From Octopus sinensis (Eukaryota), in NCBI RefSeq assembly GCF_006345805.1, contig NC_043011.1, positions 56,742,464 to 56,806,463 on the forward strand: a DNA stretch of 64,000 nt, given 5' to 3'. Below are positions 24,600 through 37,625 of the stretch, piece by piece. The notes below the pieces were generated by a model that searched no databases, was not told where the DNA came from, and saw nothing but the letters and a program-made list of their open reading frames with translations. Both the position numbers and the translations under genes were made by a program. Numbering within the stretch: position 1 is the stretch's first letter; every line of letters begins with the position of its first letter.

Positions 24600-26192
24600 T
24601 GCAAGAAGAGGGACATAGCTCAACTAACTAGGAAGAGGATTAGCCTGGATGAGATGCAGTTCAGTTTTGTGCCAGGGAGAAGCACTACTGATTCTGGCAA
24701 AGCAACTGCAGGAGAAGTACGTAGCCAAGGATGAATCTCTGTACTTGGCTTTTGAAGACCTGGGAAAGCCTCAGACAGAGTCCTTCATTCCCTCATCTGG
24801 TGGTCAATGCAGAAGCTAGGGATAGATTGAGGATGATGTCAGTAAGGTGAAGGTCAACGATGAGTTGAGTATAATAATGAATTTAGTGTACAAGAAAGAG
24901 TTCACCAAGGATTAGTTCTCATGTCCGTCATGTTCATCATAGTCCCCTAGGCCATAAGAGAGGAATTTATAACTGGCTGCCCTTCAGAGCTCCTCTATGC
25001 TGATGACTTTGTTCTTATATCTGAACAAGCGAGAACATTTCAGGTGTGGAAGCAAGGTCTGGAATTTAAGGGTCTTATAGTTAATTTAGCTATGACCAAA
25101 GTCTTAGTAAGTAGGAAAATTGACAAACCTCAAATCCCTTCAGAAGATGGCTTTGTTTGATATGTAGGAAACATGTTGGTAGAAACTGCATATGGTGTAC
25201 CCAGTTCAAGCTATGGACACATAAGAGGTGCAATGGTATCAGAGGAAGGTTAACAGAGAAGGTAACCTTTGTGTGTAGCAGATGGGCAGGTACAATAAGC
25301 ACTAAGAATGTACAGAGAAAAGACTTCCTCAAATGTCTGGGGTAGGGGGTTCCTTTGAAGTAGTATATAACCTCTGTTGCCCAGGTGACCAAGTTAGCAT
25401 TGGAGGAGGAAGTTCTGAAAGCATAGTTGCTAGAATAAGAACAGGTTGAACAAAGTTCAGAGAGCTACTGTTTTTCTTGGTAACAAAGGGCTTCTCCATA
25501 AGAGTGAAAAGCAGATTGTATGATGCCTGTGTGTGAATAAATAAGCTACATGTGCTATGATTACTTAGGACATGTGAAGGCTAGAAAGAAATGAAGCCAG
25601 CATGCTCTGCTTTAAGAGGGAAATTGGGTATAAGAGGCATCAGATATTGCAGGTAAGAGAAAAGACTGTACTTGTATGGTCATGTGGTGCATATGGATGA
25701 GGACAGCTGTGTAAAGAAGTGCTAATCTCTGATTGTAGAGGAAATGTGTGGAAGGGGTAGACCCAGGAAGATGTAAGAAGTAGTGAGAAAGGATCTTCAG
25801 ACATTGGGCCTCACAAAAGAAATGACAAGGAACTGAGACTTACAGTGGCTTGCTGTGCATGAGAAGACACTTCAAGCTAAGCAAAACTGTAGCTGTCCAT
25901 ACATACTGGCAGGTCCTCCATGTCCTCTCTCTCTCTCTGTCTTGGCTGAGATGTCCTTCTCTTCAGGGCTTGCAGGTGCTGGCGCCATGTAAAAGAGCAT
26001 GTGCCAGTGCCATGAAAAAGCACCCAGTACAGTCTATGAAGTGGTTGGCATTAGGAAGGGCATCCAACTGCAGAAACCATGGCCAAAACAGACACAGAGC
26101 CTGGGCAGCTCTCCAGCTGACCAGCTCCATGTCAAATTGTCCAACCCATGCCAGCAGGGAAAACGGATGTTAAATGATGATGATGATGATGA
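24600..26192 (+). mobile_element. RTE-type LINE, 5'-truncated and degenerate (RT, PHD-like finger, 3' UTR, (GAT)n tail)
   Basis: LDEMQFSFVPGRSTTD, QLQEKYVAKDESLYLAFEDL, ELLYADDFVLI, Cys-rich insert, GRGRPRK, then the family 3' UTR. Confidence 0.9.
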
Positions 26193-26616
26193 GGTACAGG
26201 TGTGGATGAGTGATAAGAAGCCTGCTTCCCAACCACATGGTTCTGGATTCAGTCTCACTGCATGGTACCTTGGGCAAGTGTCTTCTACTAGAACTGCAGA
26301 CCAAGCAAAGTTGGTTTGATAGACGGAAACTGAAGTATGTGTGTGTATGTGCATTTGTCCTCCACCACCGTTTGGTAACCAGTGTTGGCTCGTTTAAGAC
26401 CCCATAACTTGGTGGTTCAGCAAAAGATACCAAAGAATAAATGGCAGGCTTTAGAAACAAATAAAGTTCTGGGGTTGGTTCATTTGACTAAAACAAAACA
26501 CTTGAAGATGGCGCCCCAGCATGGCCACATTCAAATGACTGTAACAAGTAAAAGATATAAGATACATACACATACATACATGTGTGTGTATATATATATG
26601 TGTATACGTGTGTGTG

Positions 26617-26647
<31 letters not shown>

Positions 26648-27725
26648 ATATATAAATATATATATGTGTGTGTGTATGTATATAATATATCTATTATATA
26701 CATATTACTTGATTTGCTCAAGTAAAGGTGGTGCTCCAGCATGGCTGCAGTCATATGACTGAAACAAGTAAAAGAATATCTATGAAAATATATATATATA
26801 TATATATATGATGAGAAGGAAGAGAAGAATAGTGGGGGAATTTTGATGGTAGTGGTGAGGGTAGTGATAATGGTTGTGGTGGTAATGACAGTGATGATGA
26901 TGATGACAACGATGATGATGATTATTTTGACAAAACTGATAAAGAAAGAGTTGGAATAAAATATCATTAAGATCAGAAAGAAATTCTTAAAAGGAATTAT
27001 TTTATTGGAAAAGACAGAAAATTTTTTTTTTAAATCTGAACTATCTCCAACTGGAATATTTCTCTGTCTCAAAAACGTCAGTATATTTGTTTCAAATTTC
27101 TTTAAATCCAACCTTCTTCCTATCTTTAAAAACCTTTCCTGCTTCTATTTATCTTTCATCAAGACTCTCACGCATAAACCAATCTGTATTTCTTGTTTTT
27201 ATACCTTATCGTACATTGACTTGGTTAAACGCTTGCTCTTGTGACATGCTAACCTTTCCTGCTTGCATTTATCTTTCATCAAGACATTTACAAGAATTAA
27301 TGATTCTTCATGCTTCTTTTTATGCCATCTATCCTCATACATTGAGCTGGCAAAATGCTTGTTCTTGTAACACAGTAACCTTTCCTGCTTGTTTTAATCT
27401 TCTTTTTATCCAACAAAACGAATCCGTTCTCTCTTTTGTAAACATTGTAAAGCTGTAAAGTGATTGGTTAAAATGATTTCTCTTAGAAACGGTTTTTCTT
27501 TTCTCTTTTTAATTCTGTCAGTGAATGGCTTGTGGCCATGCTGGGGCACTGCCTTAGAAAGGTATACTTGAACCCTAGAACTTATTACTTAAAGTCTGGT
27601 ACATATTGTATTGGACTCTATTGATGAACCACTAAGTTATGGGAATGTGAACAAACAAATACCATTTGTCAAGTGCTAGAGGACAAACACAAAGACACGC
27701 TCACATGTATATGTATATATATGTA

Positions 27726-27766
<41 letters not shown>

Positions 27767-27807
27767 ATATATATAAACACATGCACATACACACGCACGC
27801 ACACACA

Positions 27808-27839
<32 letters not shown>

Positions 27840-28204
27840 TGCACACACACACACACTACATCAGTATAGGCTTCCACAGTTTCTGTCAGAAGGCATTGGT
27901 AAGTCTGAGGCTATAGTAGAAGACGTTTGTCCAGGGTGCCACACTGTGGGACTGACCCCAAAACCACATAGTAGCAAAGCAAGCTTCTAAACCACACACC
28001 CATCCCTGCACCATTATTTATCTTTTATTTGTCTTTCATCAAAGTCTCTACAACAAAATGGTGCAATTCTTTTCCTTTTAGTCTTTGTTAAGTTGTAGAA
28101 TGAAATGGTAAAATGGTTTCTGCTTTAACTTGGTAACTTCTCTGGTTATATTTATCTTTTAAGGATATTTTTAGCAAAACAAATCTATATTATTTTAAAA
28201 AATA

Positions 28205-28527
28205 GTGTTGGTTTGTCTGTCTGTCCGTCTGTGTGCAAAATAACTCGAAAAGTTGTGAACGGTATTTGATGAAACTTTCAAGTAAATTTGGTAATGACAC
28301 AAGGAACAGATGATTATGGGTTCTTGAAGGATTTTTCATTTGTTATATTTACTTTATATGAAGTATTACAATGTTACGTTCTTTGATTATCTCCCTTGAA
28401 AACATGTCCATCGTTTCCACGTAACCTATGGTGGCGTTGTTGTTTCCAAAGTTTATTTTCGTTTCTCTATTAGTAATTTTACTTGTGTATCTATCTTAAA
28501 ATGAACTGCTTGGCAGAGGTCTGCGGA
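28205..28527 (+). mobile_element. Partial Helentron-associated non-autonomous element (HINE/DINE-1-like)
   Basis: GTTGGTTTG(TCTG)n 5' region and 3' CTGCTTGGCAGAGGTCTGCG shared with 28748-28875. Confidence 0.6.
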
Positions 28528-28747
28528 GGATGACATGACAAGCCTTGACTATTGGGATCGACTCAAAAAGCTCAGGCTTTGCTCCCTCCACTGTCGCTGT
28601 GAGCTCTATATCATCTGTATGATATATCTGCTGTATATCTGTATGATATATCTGCTGTTATCATTGATGTATTATAACTGCTTCAGATGATTCCTGTTTT
28701 TAAAGTTTTTTAAAAAAATCCTATGGCTTGTGTTATTTTTTTTTTTA

Positions 28748-28875
28748 ACCCCGCCAAGGAGGTTATGTTTTTGTTGGCGTTGGTTTGGGAAATTGGGTGA
28801 TTTTCAGCATGCGTGTATATGGGTGGAAATGAGCTGCTTGTCGGAGGTCTGCGCTCTCCAAGTGGTTTTCTAGTT
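28748..28875 (+). mobile_element. Compact HINE/DINE-1-like element
   Basis: Subterminal IRs ACCCCGCCAAG / CTTGTCGGAGGT, 3' hairpin remnant GCGCTCTCCAAGTG, terminal CTAGTT, T-run target. Confidence 0.75.
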
Positions 28876-30129
28876 CAACAAGATATTTTCAGTAAAGTGA
28901 ATCGTGTGTTCTTTTTCTTTTTATGAACTGTAAAGTCGTACTTTGACTTTGTTTAATAACTGCTTTTGTAACATAGTCACATTTCCTGCTTAATTAATTA
29001 TATTTTATTGAAATATTTTCAATAAAATTATTTTATATTTTTGCTTTCAATCATTGCAAAATCATACAATGTCTTGGTAAAATCATTGCACTTCTCTTTC
29101 AAATGGTTCCATTCCATGCATGGTCGCAAACTTGGTTATGTGGTTAAGGGGCTTACTTTGTGACTGCATAGTTTCAGGTTCAGTCCCAATTCATGCCACC
29201 TTGGGCAAGTGTTTCTTATTATAACCTTGGGCCAACCAATGCCTTGTGAGTGAATTTAACAGACAAAACCTTTACGGGTGTCCCATATATGTGCATGTGT
29301 ATGGGTGTACATGTGTATGCGTGTGCGTATGTATGATGGGTGTGTATGTCTTTGTGTTTGTATTATCCCCACCCACACACTCAACACCAGGTGTTGGTTT
29401 GTTGACATCCCTATCACTGAGCAGTTCAGCAAAGAGACCAATAGAATCAATCTTAAAAAATAAGTTCTGGGGTCAATATGTTTGACTAAACCTATCAAGG
29501 TGGTGCTCCAGCATGGCCACAGCCCAATAGCTGGAACAAGCAAAAAGGTAAATGTCTGTACAATGGCTTGATAACGGATTGCTCTTGTGACATGCTAGCA
29601 TTTTCTAGTTTTATTTTATCTTTCAAGAGGAAAGTGAAGAATCTATATTCTTCATTTTATGCATCATAATGTCATACATTGACTCGGTTAAACAATTCTT
29701 CCAACAACAGACACACATTTTCTGCTTATTTATCTTTTATCTAAATATTTACAACAGACCGATTCCATACTTTTTTAAAGCCTTGTATAGTCAAAGAATA
29801 ACTTGTTAATGGATTGCTATTATGACATGCGAACATTTCCTGGTTATATTTATGCTTTATCAAGAGATTTATGGCAGAACAATTCTATATTCTTTGTTTT
29901 AGATACAGTAAAGACGAACATTGTTTTGGTTAAATGATTGTTTTAACATCTTCATGTTTCCTGATTATGTATCTTTTATCAGACTATTTTACAACAAAAC
30001 GATTCAATACTTTCCCTTTCATACATTGCAAAACCATACAAGAACTTAGCAAAACTCTATCTCTTGCATTATGGCAACCTTTCCTGTTTTTATTTATCTT
30101 TTTATCAATCACATTCATCCAATTTTTCT

Positions 30130-30295
30130 GCCCATTATTCCTGGGAGAGTTGTGGAGATAGTCTTCAGGCACCTCCTCCATGAGGTTCTGTCAGAAGCAA
30201 TCGTCATTAGACTTTCCACCTGAATTCTTAACCATAATCTTCTGGGACTGTTGATATTATCCAATCATCTCCATCTCGGTCGACCCCCCACCACC
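30130..30295 (-). mobile_element. LINE (RTE-like) 3' end remnant
   Basis: Minus pieces GGRPRWR*LDNI...IASDRTSWRR. Confidence 0.6.
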
Positions 30296-30399
30296 CTCCC
30301 TCAGTCTCCTGCTGGTTGAGTTGGCTTCGAGAAGCTGTCTTGCAATACATACATTTACATATAGCGTGTATGCTTGCATGTGTGCAAAAGCCTGTCATA

Positions 30400-30432
<33 letters not shown>

Positions 30433-30878
30433 GTCTGTGTGTCTGTATGCATGTATGTATATATATGTGTGTGTATGTATGTATATGCATGTGTGTGTGC
30501 ATGGGTAGGTGCATGTATGTATATACATATGTGTGTATGTATGTATATGTGTGTGTGTATGTGTATACATACATATACATGTACATACGTGTATGTATAT
30601 GACAGGCTTCAATACAGTTTCCACCACCAAGATTTCACTCGAAAAATGTATTGGCCAACCCAAAATTAAGGTAGGAGTAAAAGATACTTATGTTGTGGCC
30701 AGGACATTGAACTCCATTCACTGATGAGGCTCCATCTGGTCCAGGAGTTGCGAAGTTTGAGTAGGGAGCTATCTCTAAGTCACCATTCCTCTTGGGTCCC
30801 TTCTAGCCTGGGATAGTAGTTATGTCAAAGGGCACCAGTTATTGCTCAAATAAAAGATGATCCTGTGACTAAGACACA

Positions 30879-31769
30879 CAGGGTGTTTGGGGCTAAATTT
30901 GATAAATTTGTTTATGCCCCCTTTTTTCAGGAACAGCTTGTTGTATTGGTGAACCAGTCAATGGTATTGGAGAGCATAAAGATTAAAACTGTATTTGAGA
31001 AAAAAGTCAGCTGACATGGAAGACCGGAAGCCATCTGAATATTGGAAGAGAGTTACCTGCATCATGATGATGCTTCATGCCACCATCATGACTTCTCCTC
31101 ACTGCTCTGTGACCACTGTAATGGTTGCAAGATGTGACATGGACAGCTTCATCAGAGACCATGAAGTCATGACCAACAGGAGGGGGGGGGAGACACACTA
31201 GGCATTCTCACTGCGTCTGCATGACGAAATTCGTCTCCACATGTTTGAACAGGGTCTTTTGCTCAATTCAGATATGAAGCTGCTAGAGACTGTGGTTAAG
31301 TGCCGGCTGGAGAGAGTTGCTGCTAGAAGGCCATGTGTGTGGCAGCAGGATTTAGCTCCTTGCCATACCTATGCAAAGAGTCAGAAGTGGTTGTCAGAGG
31401 AGTTTTAAGACTTCACCAGCTTCAATTTCTGACCCCCTAATTCCTCTGATTGCAATCCCATGTGTGAAGCACAGCTGAGAAACACAACAACTGCTCTGCC
31501 TTCAACACCAAGGCCATGCTGGTCACAAAGATCAAGGTGTTCAAAGACCTTTCCCGGAACTCAATCAGGAAGGCATGTACCAGGTTCTGGAGCTGTATTG
31601 AAACTGGAGTAGAAGCTGACGACTGATACTACTTTGAGGAAACGGTTATCTCCCAGCCATAATCTTGTGGATATTTTTTCATGTTTTAGAATACTTTATT
31701 TTTGGATGGGGGTATTCGTTTTTCTTTTCCCTTTTATGCAAACTGTGAAAATTAACCCTGAACACCTTG
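30879..31769 (+). mobile_element. maT/DD37D-like Tc1-mariner element, internally deleted, both TIRs present
   Basis: TIRs CAGGGTGTTTGGGGCTAAATTT / AAAATTAACCCTGAACACCTTG-TA; VWQQDLAPCHT...QKWL...PPNSSDCNP. Confidence 0.8.
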
Positions 31770-32490
31770 TAAGAGACTACAATCCCACCAGTGATTAGAC
31801 ATGCTCTGATGTTGTGTGAACCAGTCCCTCTTCTTAAGGGTTAAATGGACCCTGTACCTCAAGGGTTTCTTTGAGAGAGAAGGAAACTATCAGAGTAACT
31901 TGTAAAGAAACTCACTGACGGAAATGGAGAAACTATTTCTGTCTCTTTGCCAAGGAAAATCATGAATATTCAGATTTTGTCATGGAGAAGCATGATTGCT
32001 GATGCTTGTAGGCATGGTACATGAAGAAAGAAAGAGAAGGGGGGAGAGAGGGAGGGAAAGACAGACAGACAGAAAGACAGACACACAGAGAGTAAGAGAG
32101 AATGAGAGATACAGACAGACAGAGACAGAGAGACAGAGAGTAAGAGAGAGAAAGAGTGAGTGAGAGAATGAGAGGAAGGGAGAGATAGTTGCTGAAGGCG
32201 TTGTACTGTGGAATTGAACCCAGAGTCACATGATGGTGACATGAATATCTCAACACCACAGCCAGGCCTGTCAGTTCTATCGTAACCAGACAGTCACACC
32301 TGGCCACCCCTTCCCATTTCTTTATCTCTAATCAACTTTGATTGTTTCATCTTTTACTTGCTTCTTTCCTTCCATTTCCATTCCCAGACAACTTCAGCAC
32401 AAATTGAAAGAAAAGCACTTCACTATTTTCTTCATCAATTCTCAAAGAGTCAAGATATTCCAAAGATAGTTTTGTTTAGATATTTCTCAC

Positions 32491-32749
32491 CTAGAATGGT
32501 CGGTCTTTACATTCAACAGAGATGGTAAAACAGGAATCTGTTGAAACATTCATCTGGAGAAGCAGTGAGAGTTCATTTGCTGCCTGCTGCCACCAACTCT
32601 TTGGCAGATGGCTGTAAACTGCAAGAGAAATCTCTTAACTTCGTCAGTTCCTCAAGTTTCAATCTCTTGAGAACAGAATTGTGTTTATTCTCCCACCCAC
32701 AACCAATAACCGAAAGGTGTGGTTATCAGAGAATGGTGAAGGACTGGAG
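32491..32749 (-). other. Candidate host exon (unique sequence with splice-like ends)
   Basis: Acceptor CCTTTTGCAG|CTCC and donor CTAG|GTGAGA on minus; stops in all frames, last 59 nt open as MFQQIPVLPSLLNVKTDHS. Confidence 0.35.
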
Positions 32750-33725
32750 CTGCAAAAGGATATACAACAGACACACACACACACACACACACACAAGCAA
32801 ACAAATACGTACACACATCCATACATACAAGCATACATAAATATACATATATACACACATACACCTGTTCATTTGTACGTACATATATACATATAAACAT
32901 ACATATATATATATGCATACACACACACACAAATATATATATATATGCATACACACACACAAATACATACACACATCCATACATACACGCATACATAAAT
33001 ATACATATATACACACATACACTTGTTCATTTGTACATACATATATACATATAAACATACATATATATATATACATAATTTATATGTATATATGAGTGTA
33101 TGCAGGTGTGCATAAAGTCTTATGTATATATATATACACACACACATACACACATTTGAATTTACAAAACAATAAAAAGAAGATGAAGAATGAAAAACAA
33201 AGTTCTTAACATGACCGAGAAAGAAGAATATAAATCTTTTGGAGGATCAGACTCTGCTGATCCCTTTATGGGGTCAATGGCTACAGGGTGTCGTCTCAGC
33301 ACTACAATAAGTACGTGTGCATGTATGTGCATGTGTTTATGCATACGTGTATATATGGATGTGTGTGTATGTCTGCGTGAATGTGTGTGTGTGCACGTGT
33401 GTGAGTGTATACACATGTATATAAGTAGGAATGTATACATATACATACATATGGATATATATATTATTTTGTGTAAATGTACATGTGTGTATATTTACAT
33501 ATATATACACATACATGCATATATATATACATACATATATATACTTACACACACACTCATATATAGATATATATGTATATATGTATGTGTGTATATATAT
33601 ATATATGCATACAAACATACATAGATATATATTATATATATATATATAGATATATATATATATATATACATACACACACATATATATATATGCATACATA
33701 CATGCATACATACACACATACATAC

Positions 33726-33760
<35 letters not shown>

Positions 33761-33885
33761 TATATATGCATTCATACACAAACACACACACACACATGTA
33801 TGTACAGTAAGCTATAATCAATTTGCTGTTTATCACCTGCGATTCCAGGCATTGTCAGGTTTCTATGTCTATACATTCTCTCTCC

Positions 33886-33917
<32 letters not shown>

Positions 33918-34110
33918 TTCTTTTTTTCTTCTTTTAGTTTCTTTCTGCTGGTGTTTTTATTTATTGTTTCACTTCATATGTTTTTTGTTTATTTACTTTG
34001 CTTTTTTATTTTATTTTTAGTCATTGAGTGACCATTTAGTTAGTTTACAGTCAGTTTTATTGACTATTCTTATCAGCTGAGACAGATAGGGGTTACTTTG
34101 GTCGGTTGGT

Positions 34111-34141
<31 letters not shown>

Positions 34142-34409
34142 ATTGATGGATGGATGGATGGAGGAAGCAAGATGGTAGGAATATGAAATAAAAGCAAAAG
34201 AAAGCTGTAAAGAGAATAATAGAGAGTAAAGAAGGTGAGTGAGAATATGAGACTAGAGAACAGGGAAGGTTTATGAGAATATGAGGAGAGCCTGAAAGAA
34301 ATGGTGTGGGGAAAAAGTTGAATGGATGTGACAGACTATAGATTAAAAAGACAGAATTCATAATAGATCGGACCCTCATCAATAGTTCATAACTATATAT
34401 ATATATATA

Positions 34410-34604
34410 GGGAAAGTTTATGACAAAAACAAAAGACGAAGACAGGTGGTGTACAAAACAAACAGATGTATTAGTATAATGCTCAGGAATAGAAAAAGTC
34501 TTTTTTGTTTCGAGCCTATGCTCTTCTACAGAAAGGGACACAGAAAAAACAAGGAGAGAAACAAAGAGTGAAAAAAATGTGTGCAGTGGCGAACGATCTA
34601 TCAT
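34410..34604 (-). mobile_element. (TA)n-flanked hammerhead-like repeat, copy 2
   Basis: CTTT-CTGTAGA-A-GAGC(ATAG)GCTC-GAAAC on minus; colinear with 39969-40165. Confidence 0.75.
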
Positions 34605-34709
34605 ATATATATATTGTGATACATGATAATATACTGAGATACAGAGAGATATACATGCATGTATATCATGATATATGTAATGATATATATATATATATGT
34701 GTGTCATAG

Positions 34710-34870
34710 CTACTTGTTGACATTTTTTCTTGTCTTTCCATTTCTCCTCTCTCCCTCTGTCACTCCTTTGTGTCCCCTCTTTTATGGTACGTTGCCAATC
34801 TCCAGGGTTGCTGGTAACTGCTTCCCAGTTGCTAATATTGATGTCGCAGGCCTTCATGTCCCTTTTGTCC
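34710..34870 (-). mobile_element. LINE (RTE/BovB-like) 3' fragment
   Basis: MKACDINISNWEAVTSNPGDWQRTIKEG. Confidence 0.65.
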
Positions 34871-34999
34871 AGGATAGGACTACACAGCAGGAGATGTATT
34901 AGGACACGAAATGTAAAAGCCGGACTAGATTATTTTATGTGCAAGTCCATTGTCTCCGGAGACAAAAAGGATGCCAACAACAACAACAACAACAATATA

Positions 35000-35765
35000 T
35001 ATATGAAAGACATTTCAAATTGTTAGAATGATTCCACCAAAAATGTCTTCGCCACATTTTAAACATTAAATGGGGCCTCTTTACTCCAGACTCAGATGTC
35101 TTTCCATCTGGAAGCATCACTTCAATTAAATCAATGATTCTAAAAAATCAAATGAGATGGTCTGACCATATTGTTCAATTGGCAGAAGAATGCAAACCCA
35201 AACAGTTGTTTTATAGTAAGCTTGCAGAGGGGAAACACAATTGGTTTAAACTTAAAACTAGCTTTAAGTACGATATAAAGACTACTATGAAGTCCAAAGG
35301 CCACAGAAACTCTTGCTTCAGATCAAGCTAGATGACAAACAAAACTGTGGAGTGGAGTAAAAGCTTTTGAGGAGGCCAGGATGACACATGCAAGACTCAA
35401 GAGAAATTTAAAGAAGAATGTTGCGATTGGGAAGGTGAATCTTAGTGACCTTTTTTGTGTGCACAGTTTGTGACAGACCATGCCTTTCTTTTGCTGGGAT
35501 CAAATCTCATTTGTGGACCCATGAAAAATGAACTTCCACCTATTATTCTGTCTATATATCTGTGCACACCTTTCAATGGCATGTATGCCATAAAGTCTGT
35601 AAATCTAACGGAGGCTTCAAAGGACATTTTAAGATCCACAAAGATCAGAGCTTAACTGCTGCTCTTGGTTGTCCAAATCAGATATGCAATCTATGTGGGT
35701 GTCTTTTCAAAACATTGTCTGGTTTAAAAAACCACATCAGACACCCTGATGGATCTAAGGTGTAA
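35000..35765 (+). mobile_element. RTE/BovB-like LINE 3' part with terminal C2H2-like fingers
   Basis: FHQKCLRHILNIKW, QMRWSDHIVQL...KPKQLFYSKLAEG, then CHKVCKSNGGFKGHFKIH and CNLCGCLFKTLSGLKNHIRH. Confidence 0.8.
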
Positions 35766-35807
35766 ATACTAGAGGTGGTTAGACTCTGCATAAGGAGTAG
35801 ACAACCA

Positions 35808-35869
<62 letters not shown>

Positions 35870-35954
35870 ATTGTTTTTCTCCTAATGAGATCAGTGAGTG
35901 TGTGCCACTTAAAAGTAAAAGGCCTAGTGCCACCATCTCTACGCAACAGTTATT

Positions 35955-35999
35955 CCGTGCTGATGAAAAGAAATAACCTAGAAACCATTGGTTCACAGG
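35955..35999 (+). ncRNA. Degenerate hammerhead-like motif
   Basis: CCGTG-CTGATGA-AAAG(AAATAA)CCTA-GAA-ACC(ATT)GGT-T-CACAGG; core and helices I/III intact, helix II mispaired. Confidence 0.5.
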
Positions 36000-36217
36000 T
36001 ACCGTTTAGGGCTGAGTGAGGACATTAGCTCCCATGTTTGCGGTATAAGGATGCAGCTGTGCGTTGATAGCCAGCAGGAAAAAATGTTTTCCTAGGGCTA
36101 AAAAAGGTAGTAACACTGTCCTAATTAGGACTGCCACTTTATATTGGCAAATAGACTTTGATCCCTTTTTCTCTCTCTCTCTCTCTATCTTTATATATAT
36201 ATATATATATATATATA

Positions 36218-36412
36218 GTTCAAATTTACAGAAAACAAAAAATGAAGACAGGTGTAAGAACAACAAGTTGGTGTATTAGTTTAACACTTGGGAAGAATGT
36301 ATAAGTCTTATATTTTGAGCTCTTCAACAGAAAGGATTAAGAGGACAAAAATAGAGAGAATGACAAAAAAATGGAAAGACAAAAAATGTGCAGAGTTCAA
36401 TGATCCAACATG
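36218..36412 (-). mobile_element. (TA)n-flanked hammerhead-like repeat, copy 3 (most diverged)
   Basis: CCTTT-CTGTTGAAGAGCTC on minus; shared TACACC-ACTTGTT...CACCTGTCTTC-TTTTTGTTTT tail. Confidence 0.65.
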
Positions 36413-36429
36413 ATGATAGCATATCATAC

Positions 36430-36489
<60 letters not shown>

Positions 36490-37064
36490 GATATGAGGAG
36501 TTTTTGTCAGGATGACTCAAAACTAATAGGTATGAGTTCTGAATACTCAAATAGATGTGCCACTAAAACTCCAGTTGAAGTTGTGGTTATATGATTGTCT
36601 TGTTCAAAGCAGCTAGAAGTGGCATCTCTTTGAGTCAGTAAGTATAGGTTAAAGTAGTGAGAAAAGGTAAATAATTAGGCAATGCAGGACAAGGAAATTT
36701 AATTCAGTCTAAATCCAGCTAAATAATGAATGGTAAAAGTAGTAAGAAATAGTCTCTGACAGCTGTTTCTGTAATATTCCAGCTATTGGAGCATTCTATT
36801 GAGTGAAGATTCTGTAAATTGGCTATTTGGAGAGATATAGGTTAGACAGTAGAAGAAATTTCTTCATCAATGATATTTGAAGTGGTTCGTTATGTAATAA
36901 ATCCAGTTAGATCGGGTCTTCTTTAAGTAATTCCATGATCTGAAAGAATGGTTATGTAGTACAGCATGGTGAGAGGAAAGAAAGAATTGTTATATAGTAC
37001 TCCATATTGAGGGAAAGTAAATGCTATCTATCTATCTATACACACACACACACTCACCTATATA

Positions 37065-37625
37065 CATGGGTTGGACAAAATAATGGAAACATCTTAAAAT
37101 TTCAAACAAATTTATTTTAATATGGGGTAGGACTGCCTTTGGCAGTAATTACAACTTGAATTCTACGAGGTATGGACTTGTACAAAGTTTGAATTGTTTC
37201 CAAAGGAGTTTTTGTCCATTCTTCAGCTAAAACAATCTCCAGTTCTTGTAGTGATGATGGTGGAAGATATTGACTCTTGTTTTTTCTAAAATGCACCATA
37301 AATGTTCAATGATATTGAGATCTGAGGACTGTGGTGGCCAGATAAGATGTTCAACTTCACTAGAATGTTCCTCGTACCATTCAGTAACAACTTTAGCTGT
37401 GTGAACTGGTGCTTCAACATCCTGAAAGATTGCATTTCCCTTCAAAAACAGTTCCATAACCATAGGATGAATTTGATCAGATAAAATGCTTAAATAGTCT
37501 TGCCTATTAATTCTGTCATGAAGGGAAGCCATGGGGCCAGTGGATTTCCAAGATATAGCCCCCCACCTCACCCAGATCCTCCTCCTCCATATTTAACAGT
37601 TGGAAGAAGGCAGTCTGGGTCAAAT
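37065..37625 (-). mobile_element. Tc1 (DD34E) transposase 3' half with right TIR
   Basis: WGAISW...AIFQDVEAPVHTAK...WPPQSSDLNIIEHLW; SIPRRIQVVITAKGSPTPY*. Confidence 0.9.

Larger units (their letters stand above)
27130..30130 (+). repeat. Old, diverged ~120 bp tandem array interrupted by two SINEs and HINE-type insertions
   Basis: Landmarks AACCTTTCCTGCTT...TTTATCTTT and TTGGTTAAA...TTGCTCTTGTGACATGC recur at ~27131, 27251, 27377 and with ~120 bp spacing across 29560-30110. Confidence 0.7.

Noticed and set aside
35562-35765. Host C2H2 zinc-finger gene
   Set aside because: Fingers follow directly from a decayed RTE/BovB-like ORF and are not a TGEKP-linked array
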